A stretch of 63,367 nucleotides of DNA, filler included, from Conidiobolus incongruus B7586 (GCA_000697335.1; 23 parts of 23 records of this genome joined end to end with filler, not necessarily neighbours in it); one strand, 5' to 3'; numbered from the whole stretch's first letter, positions 27,140 to 41,097 are shown. Notes: a model not told the origin generated them from the sequence alone. Numbers and translations are program-made.

Positions 27140-27913
27140 TCAACGAGGATTATCAATTTCTTGATATCCAGATTGAAGTTGTTTAGAACCAATATAATTG
27201 TCAGCCTTTGAGTGAAGTTTAAACTGGACAATCATCCCAATTATGGCTATTAGCAATTCGGAAGCTAGCATCGCCCATAGGGAAGGAGTAAGTTTAAAAC
27301 TTTGCGTCTTTAAAATAATATTAGAAAGTCCGATATATCCCTTATTGGCAACAACATCCACACCGTTCATGAAAGCGTAAGATCCAAAAATGGCAGTACT
27401 TATAACAACCATTATATGCTCTAACCAAACAGCTAACGCTCCAATAGCAACACCACATAAGACTGCCAATAAAATAACAAGCCATGTAGTATGGATTTGG
27501 AAACATTGAAAGACGGCACTACCAAAAATGAAGCCAACAAGAAATCCAAGGAAGAAAATACCTACTTTGAAAAGGAACCAAGAGAGTATAGCTCCCAGGA
27601 TACCTGCGATAGCAGATCCAATCCAAATGCCAATTTCTTGGCCTTTAGTCATTTCATTTATATCAACAATGGTAACAGCAATACACAAGCTTACCAACCC
27701 AAAGAACACAAAACCAATAATAACTAACAATATTTTCACAAGCCTTTTCCCTAAAAATGTGAAAACGAGGCCAACTAGCATCAATATAATGGATAATATA
27801 ATTGAACCAGCATCAGTACGTGGTGGTCCACCCAATGTTAAGCTTGTGTTTTGAGCACTTAAACCACATATTAAGGTAAAAATAAATAATAAACTCAAAA
27901 GATCTAATTGCAT
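27140..27913 (-). CDS. Signal peptide plus ~7-TM membrane protein, DUF4203/TM7S3/TMEM198-like, 257 aa
   Basis: Hydrophobic helices with the family-like motifs GLVFTFLGKRL, GIFFLGFLVGF and VISTAIFGSYAFMNGVD. Confidence 0.85.
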   Translation of the reverse strand: MQLDLLSLLFIFTLICGLSAQNTSLTLGGPPRTDAGSIILSIILMLVGLVFTFLGKRLVKILLVIIGFVFFGLVSLCIAVTIVDINEMTKGQEIGIWIGSAIAGILGAILSWFLFKVGIFFLGFLVGFIFGSAVFQCFQIHTTWLVILLAVLCGVAIGALAVWLEHIMVVISTAIFGSYAFMNGVDVVANKGYIGLSNIILKTQSFKLTPSLWAMLASELLIAIIGMIVQFKLHSKADNYIGSKQLQSGYQEIDNPR

Positions 27914-28895
27914 TTTATAATTAATATTTTTATAATATTATTAAGTGAATAAATCATAAATTTAATTCGTTTTATATTTGAATTTTTTATAAAAAGTGGA
28001 AATAACAATTGATTTAGCGAAAAACCAGATCACATCAGGTATTAAGCCTAAATTCTACATTATTGATATTTTGTTTAATAATCTTGATGAAGTTGATATT
28101 CTATATTAGCTTAAAAGAGTTTACCACACTTTATAACCTCTTATAAGTAACATGATAAGTGCTAAGTATTAGAATTTTATACAAATGATTTTGACACTAA
28201 TAATTCAGTGTTTGGTTATTATAAAAATATTCAACAAATATAGATATTCTTTTTATTTTAAGAGCAATTATAAACTGTTAACATTTTTTACTCGTTGTAA
28301 TGTTTATTATTCTTTTTACAGCAATATTATAATATTCATTTTAAGGTAAATTGTTTGATTTAAATTATTAATTTAAAGTATCAGAGATTTTTTCACCAAT
28401 ATGGCAATGATTATTGTTAATATTTCATAATACATTAATTATTTGAATAATGAAAGAAATGTAAAAATTGATATAAAAATTGAATTCGATTGGTGAAGGG
28501 TAAAAAATGAGTCTAATTGCTTTTTGATACAGCTGATAATATTGTACCGTAATTTTAATGCAATATTTTCATATATGTGTCAAAATTGTATTTTGATTAA
28601 CTATCACTTGAAAATAAAGTATTATTTAGAATGAAATATATAAAATTCTATATATTTTCAATAATGTACTTCTGAAATGTACTATTTCATTCTAATCCTT
28701 ATGAAATAACAATAATACAAATTCAACTTTACCAATGCAAATATTTTGTTTTTGCATAGAATTTTCAATGTTTAGACTTATTTTGAAGTATTTCACTCAA
28801 ATTTCAGTTTTATATTTCGGAATTTTAATTCATATTCAACTATCAATATTTTCAAAAAATTTGTTTAATTTATTCTATTTTTGGTAATAATATAT

Positions 28896-29228
28896 TGCCA
28901 CGAGTCAGGAGACTACTCTATTACTTAACATGCTGACATCAACTGAATATAAGGGTAAATCCCCCTTCACATGATCAGTCACCTATCTATAATCTTTAAT
29001 TGTCTGGTGATACAAGCCACAAGAAAACCTCATAAATCTTCTTACTCTTTTCACTGTACATAAATCCCGGAATTAGAGCTATCTTGAATATGACAGGCTC
29101 GATCTGGTCCTCCGAGCTATCTGCCTTAAACCAATTAACTCCCTCTCTCCCCGGTAGTTACCTGGAACTCCCCAGATCTCTCTCTCGTATTTGAATTAAC
29201 TCGAACATGGCTTTCCCAACTCGTTTTA
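28896..29228. mobile_element. Probable solo LTR (~333 bp)
   Basis: GC-richer non-coding island bounded by imperfect inverted ends TGCCACGAGT...ACTCGTTTTA and flanked by ATAT on both sides (candidate 4-bp TSD). Confidence 0.5.
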
Positions 29229-30059
29229 ATATATTTTGAATATTTGAAAAAATTAAGATGTTAATTTTTTGATTTGTTATAAATGTATAGCTATATATTC
29301 AAATTAAAATTCTCTATGAGGAAATTTTCATTACAATATTTGACAATAAATTGTTGCGAATAAAATGATTTTGTTTAATATTAAATATAATTCTATACTT
29401 AATATATATTCGGCTAAGATAAATAGTAATTTTTTTTATTGAAACAAAATATAATATAGTTCCATCTAAGAAAATGATATTACTTTTTGATTTAAAATAG
29501 TAGCAATATTATTAGTATATAATCTAATTTTTTCCGGATATGATGTATACACAATTATTATCAATATTTTAATATAAAAATATCAAACTCAAAACTATTT
29601 TTTATATAATTAATATAAATTGAATATTCTCAAAATCTTATCAGTTTGAAAATCAAGGAAAAGTATTTAAAATTTAAAATATTTTCATTTAATATCAATG
29701 ATACCATTTTATAATATATAAAAAAAATATATAAACCAAATATATTTGTTTTTAATTTTTTATTTTTCTAAAAAATATTTTTTTCGAAACTTATTCTGGA
29801 TAATTTCATCTTGATGTAAAAGTAATAAAGTCTAATCTTTTATGTTTTTATTCTAAATTGAAAAATTCAATTGATAAAATTTTTGGTAAAATAATTTTTA
29901 AAGAGTATTCATTTAATATATAAACACAGTATTCAAAATTAAAATGAAAATTATATCTAGTTTTAAAAATTTAAACAATAAAAATCAATATATTAACTTA
30001 ATATTAATATCTTTTTATTATATTTTCAATAAGCTTCAAATATTGATATAATTATTATT

Positions 30060-30960
30060 TTAATTAATAATTGAAATTTGATATTTTCCATATTAATTTA
30101 ATTTATTTTTTAGAAATTTTTTCTTATAAGTATATTTCTTACTTGACCAGTATAGTTATCATTAAATAGATTATAATTTAGTTAATATATCTGATATAAA
30201 AGCTTTTTAAAATTTTTTTATTTAAGAAAATCTTTTATAATTCTAATTTTATATTTTTATATATAATATATAAAATAATATATATCAATATATAATGAAA
30301 AAACTAATTAAAGATTTTTATTTAAAAAATATAAATATATAATTAAGCTATCTATCTTTAGGAATTATATAAAAAACTATATAGTAATATAAATTAATAT
30401 AATATTTATTAATTAGAATTTATTAAAGGGATTTTTTAACTTAATCTAATATATTTTTTTGTTCTTAAATAAAAAACTATATAAAGAATTTTAAGATTTA
30501 TTAATGAATATGATTTTTTAATAAAAAACCTCAATTTTGTTTCATATTTTAATAAGGTATATTTAGTTATAATTATTTTACTATTTCTTAGTGTTTACTA
30601 AATTATATAATATTTATTTTAAATTTTAATGGTTAATTAAAGTTCAAATTAAGATTTGTATAGTATATCTATATAATTTATTTTAATTATTTTAAATAAT
30701 TCTTTAGTTATAATAAAAACGCATCTTTATATATTATTAGTCTATTTATAAATGACAAAATAATAATTAATGTCGATTTTATAGATTGAATTAAATTTTA
30801 CATAATATCCCTTTGAAATCCAATATAATAAATTCCTAAAAAATGATTTTCTTTAGATATATATTATTTTTATAAATTATTTATAAATTTTAAATTATAG
30901 TTAAATATTTATAATTCAGCTTTATTAATACCAAAATAGAAATTTTTAATGATTATTATA
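30060..30960 (-). mobile_element. Mariner family B relic, diverged
   Basis: Collinear with ~39900-40850. The minus strand at ~30130-30205 shows a decayed LPHPxYSPDYxPxD block. Boundaries are approximate. Confidence 0.7.
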
Positions 30961-31441
30961 NNNNNNNNNNNNNNNNNNNNNNNNNNNNNNNNNNNNNNNN
31001 NNNNTTAATTAATTAANNNNNNNNNNNNNNNNNNNNNNNNNNNNNNNNNNNNNNNNNNNNTATTTAGTATTTAGTATTAATCAATATATCAAAAGCTTGA
31101 ATAAACTCTACTGATATATTAATTTTATTACGTCATCATTAATTTAAGTCTTCTCCTACACTATATTCAATTGATTACCATATTTATTTTAAATATAAAT
31201 ATATAAGCTAAATCAAAAGAAAATATTCTAATAATATAAAAATTTTAATTGGAACAAAAAATAAGAGTTTATCCAAGGATAAAGATACACTATTTATTAA
31301 TTAATAAAGCAATGAATATATATTATATTTAATTTATCTTGTGTTTATTTAAGGATTAAATTATGACAATTTATAAATTTTTAAAAATATAGTAAATTTA
31401 ATATTATAAAATATAATTACATCGTTAAATTTATTTTAAGG

Positions 31442-31581
31442 AAAATAAAAACTAATATATAAAATTAATTTTAATCTTTGAAATTTTTTAATTATGATGA
31501 ATATATCAATAAAATAAATAACTAATAATAAAATAAAAACTAATATATAAAATTAATTTTAATCTTTGAAATTTTTTAATT
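31442..31581 (+). repeat. Exact 52-bp direct repeat (31442-31493 and 31530-31581)
   Basis: AAAATAAAAACTAATATATAAAATTAATTTTAATCTTTGAAATTTTTTAATT occurs twice, 88 nt apart. Confidence 0.85.
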
Positions 31582-32128
31582 GTGAAATATTATAAAAAAA
31601 TTTTAAATAAGAATAAAATTTAGATTGCGTATATTAATAATTAAGAGATTATTGGTGAAAATATTATAATAACCCTACTTAAGTTCCCAATCTGATTTTT
31701 TAGCAAATTCAATAACTTTGACAAAGAATTGGATATCTTCTTAATAGTAAAAGTTATAAAACAAGGAGAAAGTATTATATATCGAATTATTATTTCTTTA
31801 ATATGATAAAAGGATTATTAAATAAATATAGTATATTAATATAATATAACGGTGAAAAATTGAAATATAAATTTCGTGATGATAATACTCTTCAAGTATT
31901 TAACGCTACTATTGATAATATAAGATTTATGATTTGTTAAAATAATTTAATGCTTTTGATCAGAATATAATTATAATTCAAATCATGTAAAGAAAAAACT
32001 ATTTATTATATTAATTAATTTATAAAAATTCAAAATTTGAAAAAAAAATATTAAATATATTAGAGAATATAGTTTATATATATATATATATATTTATTAT
32101 AACCAATTAATTTAAGCTAAGTGATGAA

Positions 32129-32627
32129 TTTACTAATAAAAGTTTAAAAGCTTGAATCAATATTAAATTATATATTAATTAATAATTAAAGTTATATTAT
32201 ATTCATTATCTCGAATATAATAAATATTATTTTCAACTATATAAACTTATTAATATTTGAAAATAAATTAAATTTAATTAATTAGTGATTGCATTTTCCT
32301 AATTTAATTTAGAAATTCTTAATTTATCAAGTTAGTTTATATTAATTTTAATTTATAATAAAATTAAGGTGCTTTAGTTTGAAAAGGAATTACTTGTATA
32401 ATCTAAAGTTTTAAAACTTCATCCCTGAAGATAGAAGTGTAGGAATGTAAACTTACTCAAGAAAAGGAATGACATAAAAGAGAATAAAATATTATGTAAA
32501 TAACCAAAAGAAAAAGTAAGTAAAAATATAAAAGAAAGAATAAAATTAAAGTTAATAGAATAGAAGAGAGCGATTATTTAAGAAAATTTGAATAATTTAA
32601 TTAATTCAAATTTCTTAAAAAGTGGCT
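32129..32627. repeat. ~500-bp repeat, about 98% identical to the reverse complement of 62862-63367; includes LTR-like part from 32438
   Basis: Direct comparison gives 8 substitutions and one 7-nt indel. The purine tract GAAGATAGAAG precedes TGTAGGAATGT at 32438. The repeat is truncated by the gap. Confidence 0.9.
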
Positions 32628-34445
32628 NNNNNNNNNNNNNNNNNNNNNNNNNNNNNNNNNNNNNNNNNNNNTTAATTAATTAANNNNNNNNNNNNNNNNN
32701 NNNNNNNNNNNNNNNNNNNNNNNNNNNTTGTTATTGAGAAATTTAAATATAATTTTAATTTTAATTCTAATTCTATATATACTTTTATGAAAATATTTTG
32801 ATATAACTTGGTAATAATGATTTAATATCATATAAATCATTTAATATTGAAATTTTTAAAATATACCCTATTAATACCAGATATGAATTAAATTTGAATA
32901 ATTTTATTATATTATAACTATATTCAATTTATAAAAATAATTTTTAATAATAAATTTGGAATTCAATCTTTATATTTATATTTATATTTATATATTATAA
33001 TCAAGTAATTTTAAATTTCAATATAAAATTTGTATATCAAAACCTATGTAATACTCTATATTATTGAATAATAATATACAAATACCTAGTACTTTTATTA
33101 ATATATTAGCAATCAGTTATTAATATAATTTTCGGATAATTAAACCTCCTTTGTTATATATGCTCTTAAGTATATAAAAAATACTTATAATAACCTGTTA
33201 ATTTTTTAAGAATATTAATATATTTCAAAATTAATAATGTTTATATTCTATCATAATTTTTGTCTGATAATTATTTTTCAAATGTGATACCAAATAATAT
33301 AGCATTAAGGAAATAAATTATTAAACTCACTTTTTCCTTAACTGGAATTTTGGTTTACTTATTTTTATTTAATGATTTCTAGATATATTATTTCATAACA
33401 ATTAGTTAATATCTTATTATATAAAGTATCAATATAGTCTTTGAAATAAAATTCCATTTTTATAGTCGAGGAGATATCAAAGTGACCATTAACAAACTAC
33501 AAAAATAAACTGATATTATTTTTAAAATAATCATAGGTTGCTAAGACAGGTTTTCAATCAATTTCTTAGGTATCTTAATTTAAGCAATAATGTTAATGCT
33601 CAAAATATTATAATTAAATTGTTCCATCAGTGGTTTATGCATAAATTTTCATGTGATATTTTCAGCAGTGATCAATATTTTGTTCTAAAAATTTGGTATG
33701 ATTTTAATTGAAAATTATGATATTATATCTCCTTAAACATATTAGGAATATTATTAAGTTATAATTTTTCACTTTGCAATAAACTAATAGTTTAACAAAA
33801 TATTGAATCAAATATTTCATAATATAATTATATTCTTAAATAAATATTAAAAATTTCAATTAAAAACTTTTGAAATAAAATAATTTAGTCAATTATATTA
33901 TGATGCTATATTTGAATTTTGACTGAATAATTAAATTATTTAGACAATAATGGTTTATTTAGATTATTATGTTATTTCAATAGGTGCGAAGTAACCTAAA
34001 TTAAATGATAATAAGAAAAATATAAACCTTGCTTTTAGATGAAATCAAAGATCATTAAAATTGATTGTGAATATTTTAGTTTATATGATAAATAATATAT
34101 TAGATAATAGGAGAATATAATATAATGTTAAATAACATTAAAAATCTCGACCTAAGGAAATATTGAAAAGTTTAAACTGGAATTTTTGTTTATTGTTATT
34201 ATCGAAATCATGCAAAAAGTACTAATGCAATATGAATAGATTAAAATCAACTTAAATGTATTGGACGCATTATACTTAAAATTTGATAGATGACAATTCG
34301 GTAATTCGCATCATTTAATTTTCCTCGTACGATGAATATTCATTTCTAACAGTATATAAATTGACAATTATTGCCCTATAGTTGAAATTATTGATGAAAT
34401 AATTTAATAGCCAATACTAGTTTGTTTTTTATTTAATATACAATT

Positions 34446-35630
34446 ATGACTTTATCAACCGTTTGTAGAAAAAAGACGCTTGAAAAAATTACTCCCGAAC
34501 AACAGGATGCGATAAAAAAGTTATGGGTTAAATTTTTGGCTAATAAAGGTAAACAGAAGTTTGTTCCACCTGCACCTGAAGCTGCTCCTGCAAAGAGCGG
34601 TGGCTGGTTTGGAGGTGCCAAAAGTAGGCTTGGATTAGGAGGTAGTGGAACTCAGGATGCCGCTAAAGCACTCGCTGCCGACCCTCTTGCTGGATACAGT
34701 TGGGACGAATTTTTGGATCAATTAAGCTACCTTATTCATGTCGATCATCCTGACACCCTTTTATTAAGATTTATAGTCGCCAGAAAATTAGATGTAGATG
34801 CTGCTTACAAGATGATTGTCGATACTGTGAAATTCTTCGATGATGAGGGATTAAACGCTGTAAAACTCAATGGAGAACCTGCTATTCCACAATATCCATT
34901 AGAACATGGCCTCATGTATTATTGCGGCCATGATAAAGAAGGCAATATAGTCGCTTATATCAATGCTAAGCATAACAATCCCAAAAAGCATACAGTCGAA
35001 GAGTTTTCTAAATACATCTTGTACCAAATGACCATTGGTTATATTCTCCTTGGTGATAACAGAACTACTATAGTGTTTGATTTGGAAGGTTTTGGCTTGA
35101 ATAACGTTGATTACCACGGTATTAAATACCTTTTCAATGTCTTGGCCAATAACTTCCCAGAAAGCTTGGCTAGAGTTATTTTGTGCAACGCCCCATGGAT
35201 CTTCAACGGAGTCTGGAATGTTATTTGTGGCTTTTTGGACCCCGTTGTCAAAGAGAAAATCCAGTTTGCATCAACTAGCCAATTGAGCAAATATATTGAT
35301 GAAGATCAAATTCCTTCAGATAAACTTGGTAAGGCTAACTTCAAGTATACCTACACCCCTCCAACTAAGTTGGAGGCCCAAGTCATCGACGATCCAGCTG
35401 CCAAAGCCGAGCTAATTGCTGAGCGAAATGAATTATTAAAAGAATTTCAGGAAGCTACCGAAAACTGGCTTAAAGGAAATGGCACTAACGAACTACGTAC
35501 TGAAATAGCTGATAAGCTGGCCTACAATTATCGAAAATTAGCTCCTTACATCTGGAGTCAAAGTATACTTCACCGTCAAGGTGTGATCACCGAATTTGAT
35601 AAAGTAGACTTTTCCAAATGCTTGAATTAA
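34446..35630 (+). CDS. Sec14/CRAL-TRIO lipid transfer protein (Csr1-like), paralog 2, 394 aa
   Basis: 19 amino-acid differences from paralog 1 (375/394 identical). Flank homology spans roughly 33265-36375 versus 21930-24990. Confidence 0.93.
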   Translation: MTLSTVCRKKTLEKITPEQQDAIKKLWVKFLANKGKQKFVPPAPEAAPAKSGGWFGGAKSRLGLGGSGTQDAAKALAADPLAGYSWDEFLDQLSYLIHVDHPDTLLLRFIVARKLDVDAAYKMIVDTVKFFDDEGLNAVKLNGEPAIPQYPLEHGLMYYCGHDKEGNIVAYINAKHNNPKKHTVEEFSKYILYQMTIGYILLGDNRTTIVFDLEGFGLNNVDYHGIKYLFNVLANNFPESLARVILCNAPWIFNGVWNVICGFLDPVVKEKIQFASTSQLSKYIDEDQIPSDKLGKANFKYTYTPPTKLEAQVIDDPAAKAELIAERNELLKEFQEATENWLKGNGTNELRTEIADKLAYNYRKLAPYIWSQSILHRQGVITEFDKVDFSKCLN

Positions 35631-36379
35631 ACAATTTTATAATAAGATAAAATCGTTCAATATTAATATATCAATACTTCTACAATTTTTTTGAATAAAT
35701 TATAAATTATAATAATCATTGATTTTGATTTTGATTTTTATTATTAAATCCGAATCTCTATGAAAAAAAGTGTTTCGATATTTAAACTCTGCGATCGCAT
35801 CAATAATATTAAATTAAATTGTTTTAGATAAATCAATATATAAAATTGATATCTACCCACTGTTCTTAAAGTGTCATCTTTAAAAACAAACTGTAATTAA
35901 TCTGATTATTGATTATGTTTAATATATTGGTTTTGATTAGGTCATAAATTGATTTTAACTAATCATAGTTAAAAAATTAAGACCTAATGACTTTTACTTG
36001 TAGAAATAATTCATCAAAATTAATTAAATCCACTCAAAAACAATTTTATGCACATCAATCAAAATATTAAATGGATTTATTTTATATTTATCAACGGAAT
36101 AAGACTAAATTAAAGCTTCATTTTTTAAATGGTTTATCATATGATCATAACAATCAATTAAAACTTGTAAAAACAAATGGGGCAATAATATGAAATTTTA
36201 TAATTTTAATACTATAAAATATTTGAAAAAATATTAATTTATTAATTAAATTTGAAAATATTAACTAAATATTCAATTTCAAATTACTTGATTGTACTAT
36301 TATAAAAACAATTTAAAACTAATGATAATTAATTAATGTCATTTTGACTTGATTATAATTATTACTTTTTTAGACATTC

Positions 36380-36591
36380 TGTTGTATTTTGAAGATGCCC
36401 GTCCGTCTCGATTCGATAGTTAAGTCCATATTACCTCTCATTTATAGTGGCTTTGTCAGTGCATAATTAAAGGATATCATTCACTGAATCAACCATTCAA
36501 ATAAGCTATAAGACATACAGTCCTGATATGTTAAAGAGCAGGATTAATAAATAATTTAATAAATTGTATTACGAGTACTTTTCTAACAACA
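36380..36591. mobile_element. Probable solo LTR (212 bp)
   Basis: Perfect terminal inverted repeat TGTTGT...ACAACA, near-TSD ATTC/ATTT, GC-richer than its flanks, and absent at the equivalent position downstream of Sec14 paralog 1. Confidence 0.65.
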
Positions 36592-38191
36592 ATTTTCATT
36601 TACAAAACTTATTATAAAATACAGCAATTCCACTATTAATAATAATATGAATTAATCATTTTAATACTAGCTACTATCTTTGAATATATTTAAATATATA
36701 GAGCATGAATAATTTATATATCATTATATTATTAAATTTCATAACCTCATTATCTATCAATTTTAAAAGAAATTCAGGAATTTTAAATTATAAATATTAT
36801 TAATATAACCTAAATATAATTGAAAAAATTTGGATTATATATAATATAAAATTTTAAAAAGAATCAATAATTGAAATATAAAAGAGTAATTAATATATAT
36901 ATATATCAAATTAATTGTTTTTTAATATTGTAACCATTATTTTACTTATTCAAATTTTAAATCAACCAAAATCAATATATTTCAATATTTTAAATACAAA
37001 ATATTTATAATAAGTAAGTTTGCATATATAATAAAAATTTTCAAAATAAATTATAAAATTTTATTATTATATTAAGTTCTTTGTTTTAATTAGTTATAAA
37101 ATACTTTAATCCCAATAATTAATAATAATGATAATTAATTTGGATTATATATTATTAATAAATAGTTATATCCTATATATAATATAATTCATAGATATTT
37201 TGACTAAATATTTTATAGTTTATATAAATAATTTAACTCTTATATTATTTTTATTTTGATATAATAATTATTATTATTATTATATTGAATAGCTTTATTA
37301 AGGAATGATAATTTGGATGTTTTATATATCAAATTTTTATTATTAAATCATCACTATATTCAATATATAAGATTTTCAAATTATCAATTTTAATTTAAAA
37401 TTAAAATTAAATATTGAGCTCTATACGTGCTAACTAAAACTTTTTCAATTGAATTGTTTATTATTTTTATTTTATATTTTGAATTATATATTAGCAATGT
37501 TTAATATTTAAACCGCTTATCTTTATTATAAGATTCATATTAAATTTTTTTACTAAATATTACAAAGTTTTTAAATAAATATTATAATATTAATTAATAT
37601 ATAATTAATTTCAAATACAGTGGTCATATTAATTACACAAATTTTTATTTCTTTTTCAATCAAAAATTCTAATTATAATTGGAAAAATTAATTATAGTTT
37701 TTGTTAAATATATAAAATCAATGAATATTTATATATTAAATATTATCCTTACGATCCATGTAACAATTAATATTTAAAACCATTACAAAGACACTTTTTA
37801 TTGTAAATTTTTATTTTATATTTATACTTATAAGAATATTATTTGATTTTTTATTTAATTAATTTTAATATCAATGCATAATTATAGTTCAATATAAAAT
37901 TTTTATATTATTTTATATTAAGTTTTTTTTAATTATCCAATTAATTATTTTATATGTTATTTAAATGAAATAATAGTAATATAAGAGATAATTGTTTAAA
38001 TTAATATTAACTATTATTAAATATATTTTATAAAAGTATACCAATATAATAATAGGTTATATATGAATATATTAACAAAAATTATAATTTTNNNNNNNNN
38101 NNNNNNNNNNNNNNNNNNNNNNNNNNNNNNNNNNNTTAATTAATTAANNNNNNNNNNNNNNNNNNNNNNNNNNNNNNNNNNNNNNNNNNNN

Positions 38192-39554
38192 TATCTATAA
38201 TTAAATATATTTAATCTAATTTTATTAATTTTTAGTTAATATATTAAAATTTAAATTTTACCTAAGATAAGTTATAAATTTATATATTTTGGTTATAAAA
38301 AAGAAAATAAAACTTAATATATTTATCTTTTGCTTTTTTAATTGTTTTAAGTTTATAAGGTATAGAGTCAATTAAATTCTTATATTAAGAAGGATTAATT
38401 TTGTTTTAAGTATCTTAAATATATTCCCAAAGCTTATTTAAATTTTTTGCTGGTGGGAAAGTTTTAATTTTTTTTAACTGATTTTAAAGATATCTAGTTA
38501 AATTAAGGTTAAAGGATTAAAAAAACCACTTTATAACTATTATTTTATTATTTTTAAGCTATTTGGTAATAAAAATAATAATGTAACAAAAGGTATTATC
38601 TTGTTGGAAAATAATATCTGATTTGTTTAACCTATACCATTCAATAGTTTTTATAATTTATTATTTAAAATATTTTAATATATTTTAATATTAATTCCCT
38701 TATCAATTTTACAAAGATATCTTATACTAAAAGATAATATATATTCTTAAATTATAATTAACTTATCATTATATTTTTAGGTTAAAATAACATAATGGCT
38801 ATAAAGTAGTTTTTTGTCTTTTTTAAAATATTTAGCTTTTATATTAAATTTTTTAAAATATATTTTTATTTTATTAAACTAAATAACCTTAGTCTATTTA
38901 ATTTTAGTTCAACTTTAATAATAATATTAAAACTCTTAATTAGCTTTATAGTAAAATTATTTTAATTAAGGGTGTTTTTTCTTAAAATATAAGTGATATT
39001 TATTATAATATAATATATATATAATAATATTAATACTAATTAATATTCTTATATAATCTTATAATTTTTTCTATATTCTTATAATAGAATTATATTTACT
39101 TATACTAACTAACTTATAAATATACCTTTTATCATATTTATCTATAGTTTTAATATACTCAAATTTAAGTTTAGATATATCTTTATTATAATTTTTAATA
39201 GCTTTAGCTATAATAAACTAACTAACACTAGTAATTCCAATAATTTTATAAGTTTATTTATCTTTATTATAGAGTTAATTAATATACAAGTAAATCTTTT
39301 TAAAAAGGTATTTAAATATTTTAATACTAATATTATTTAAAATAATAATTCAAAATAATAATATTAGTGTATATATATATATATATTTTAATAAAAAAAA
39401 GATTTAAGTATTTTTTATTTTATATACCCTTTTAACTCAAAAATCCTTAAATTTATAACTCACCCTATTTATAGTTTAAGATTTAATATATTAACTAATA
39501 ATATATTAAATATAATTAAATATAACCTATTATAATCAAGTAATTTATTTTAAT
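38192..39554 (-). mobile_element. Tc1 family A copy, both ends in gaps
   Basis: Collinear with ~1-1415. Retains TTC CAA CAA GAT AAT ACC TTT TGT TAC (FQQDNAPCH-derived) on the minus strand at ~38584-38610. Confidence 0.9.
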
Positions 39555-39679
39555 NNNNNNNNNNNNNNNNNNNNNNNNNNNNNNNNNNNNNNNNNNNNTT
39601 AATTAATTAANNNNNNNNNNNNNNNNNNNNNNNNNNNNNNNNNNNNNNNNNNNNTATTTTCTATATATATATATATATA

Positions 39680-40925
39680 TATTTGTCTATAATTAATAAT
39701 TCAAAAATTTCTTATTTTTTTATATTATAATATTAGTATAGAAATTAAATAATAGCATAATTTTAAGATTGAAATTAAATCAATAAATAAATAAATAATA
39801 TATAAATATTAATGAATAATATAAAATTAATAGCTTTTTTTATTATTAATAACTCTTTTTTATATTTTTAATAAGCTTCTATTACCTAAAAAATAGTTTT
39901 TTTTATTAAGGACTGAAATTTGATGTTTCATAAACTAATTTAATTTGTTTGCAAGAATTATTTTTCCTATAAGCTTTTTTTTTCAATTATCTAAAATAAT
40001 TATAATTATATAGATTATAATCAAGTAAATTATATTTGATATGGTAACTCTCTTTATTTTTTTTTATATAAAATCTTTTATAGCTTTAATTTTATATATT
40101 TTGCAATTATTATACAAAATAATAGATATCTTTAATTTATATTAAAAACATTATTTAAAAATTATTTTATTTAAAAAGATAATATATAACTTATTATTAA
40201 ATGATTTTCCTTAAGATATTAAATAAAAAAACTATATACTATTATAATCCATTATAATAATTAATATTTACTTATATTTAAAATACTTATTTATTAGAAT
40301 TTATAGAAAGAATTAATTTAGCTTAATATAACATCTTGCTTTATTTTTAGGTAAAGGATTATATAAAAGAATTTAAGATTTAATAATTATAAGTATTTAT
40401 TATAAAAACCATTGTTTTTAATTATACCTTAATAAGTTTAGTTTAGCTATAGCTACTTTAGTTTTCTTTTAAGCTTTTGTTAAATTATAAGGTATCTATT
40501 TTATATTATTATTAATTAATCTAAGTTTAAACTTAAATAAATATAATATGCTTATATAATTGATATTAAATTACTTTAATAGTTTCCTAATAGAAATAAA
40601 AGGGTATTTCTTAATATATTTTTTTACTCTATTAATAAATAAAAGAGTAACAATAGAAATTAATCTTTTAGATTTTAGTAAATTTTAAATAATGTCCCTT
40701 CTAGCTTTAAAATCACAAATCTAGCAATATATTGTAGTTTTAAATAAAGCACTATCTTTAAAAGTTATTTGTAAGTTTTAAATAATTTTAAATACTTTAT
40801 AGTTAAGTTTTAAAGATATAAAAATAAAAGCCTTTTAATAATTATAATTAAATTCAAGCATAATTATATTTAAGTATAAATTTTAAAATTAAATTATTTT
40901 AATAAAAAAAATAATTAAAATTGAA
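39680..40925 (-). mobile_element. Mariner-like (DD34D) element, family B, near full length, flanked by (TA)n
   Basis: The minus strand has AAA TAG ATA CCT TAT AAT TTA (RWIPHNL-derived, ~40481-40501) and a decayed YSPDYxPCDY block at ~39990-40045. It is an inverted homolog of 41098-42140. Confidence 0.85.
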
Positions 40926-41097
40926 TATATATATATATATAGTTTGAAAATATTTATTTTTCTATATATTATATATATATATANNNNNNNNNNNNNNNNN
41001 NNNNNNNNNNNNNNNNNNNNNNNNNNNTTAATTAATTAANNNNNNNNNNNNNNNNNNNNNNNNNNNNNNNNNNNNNNNNNNNNTATATATATATATA

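Noticed and set aside
17727..35630. Lipid-metabolism gene cluster (GPAT plus two Sec14 genes)
   Set aside because: The genes lie on different contigs separated by artificial spacers, and only two families are involved.
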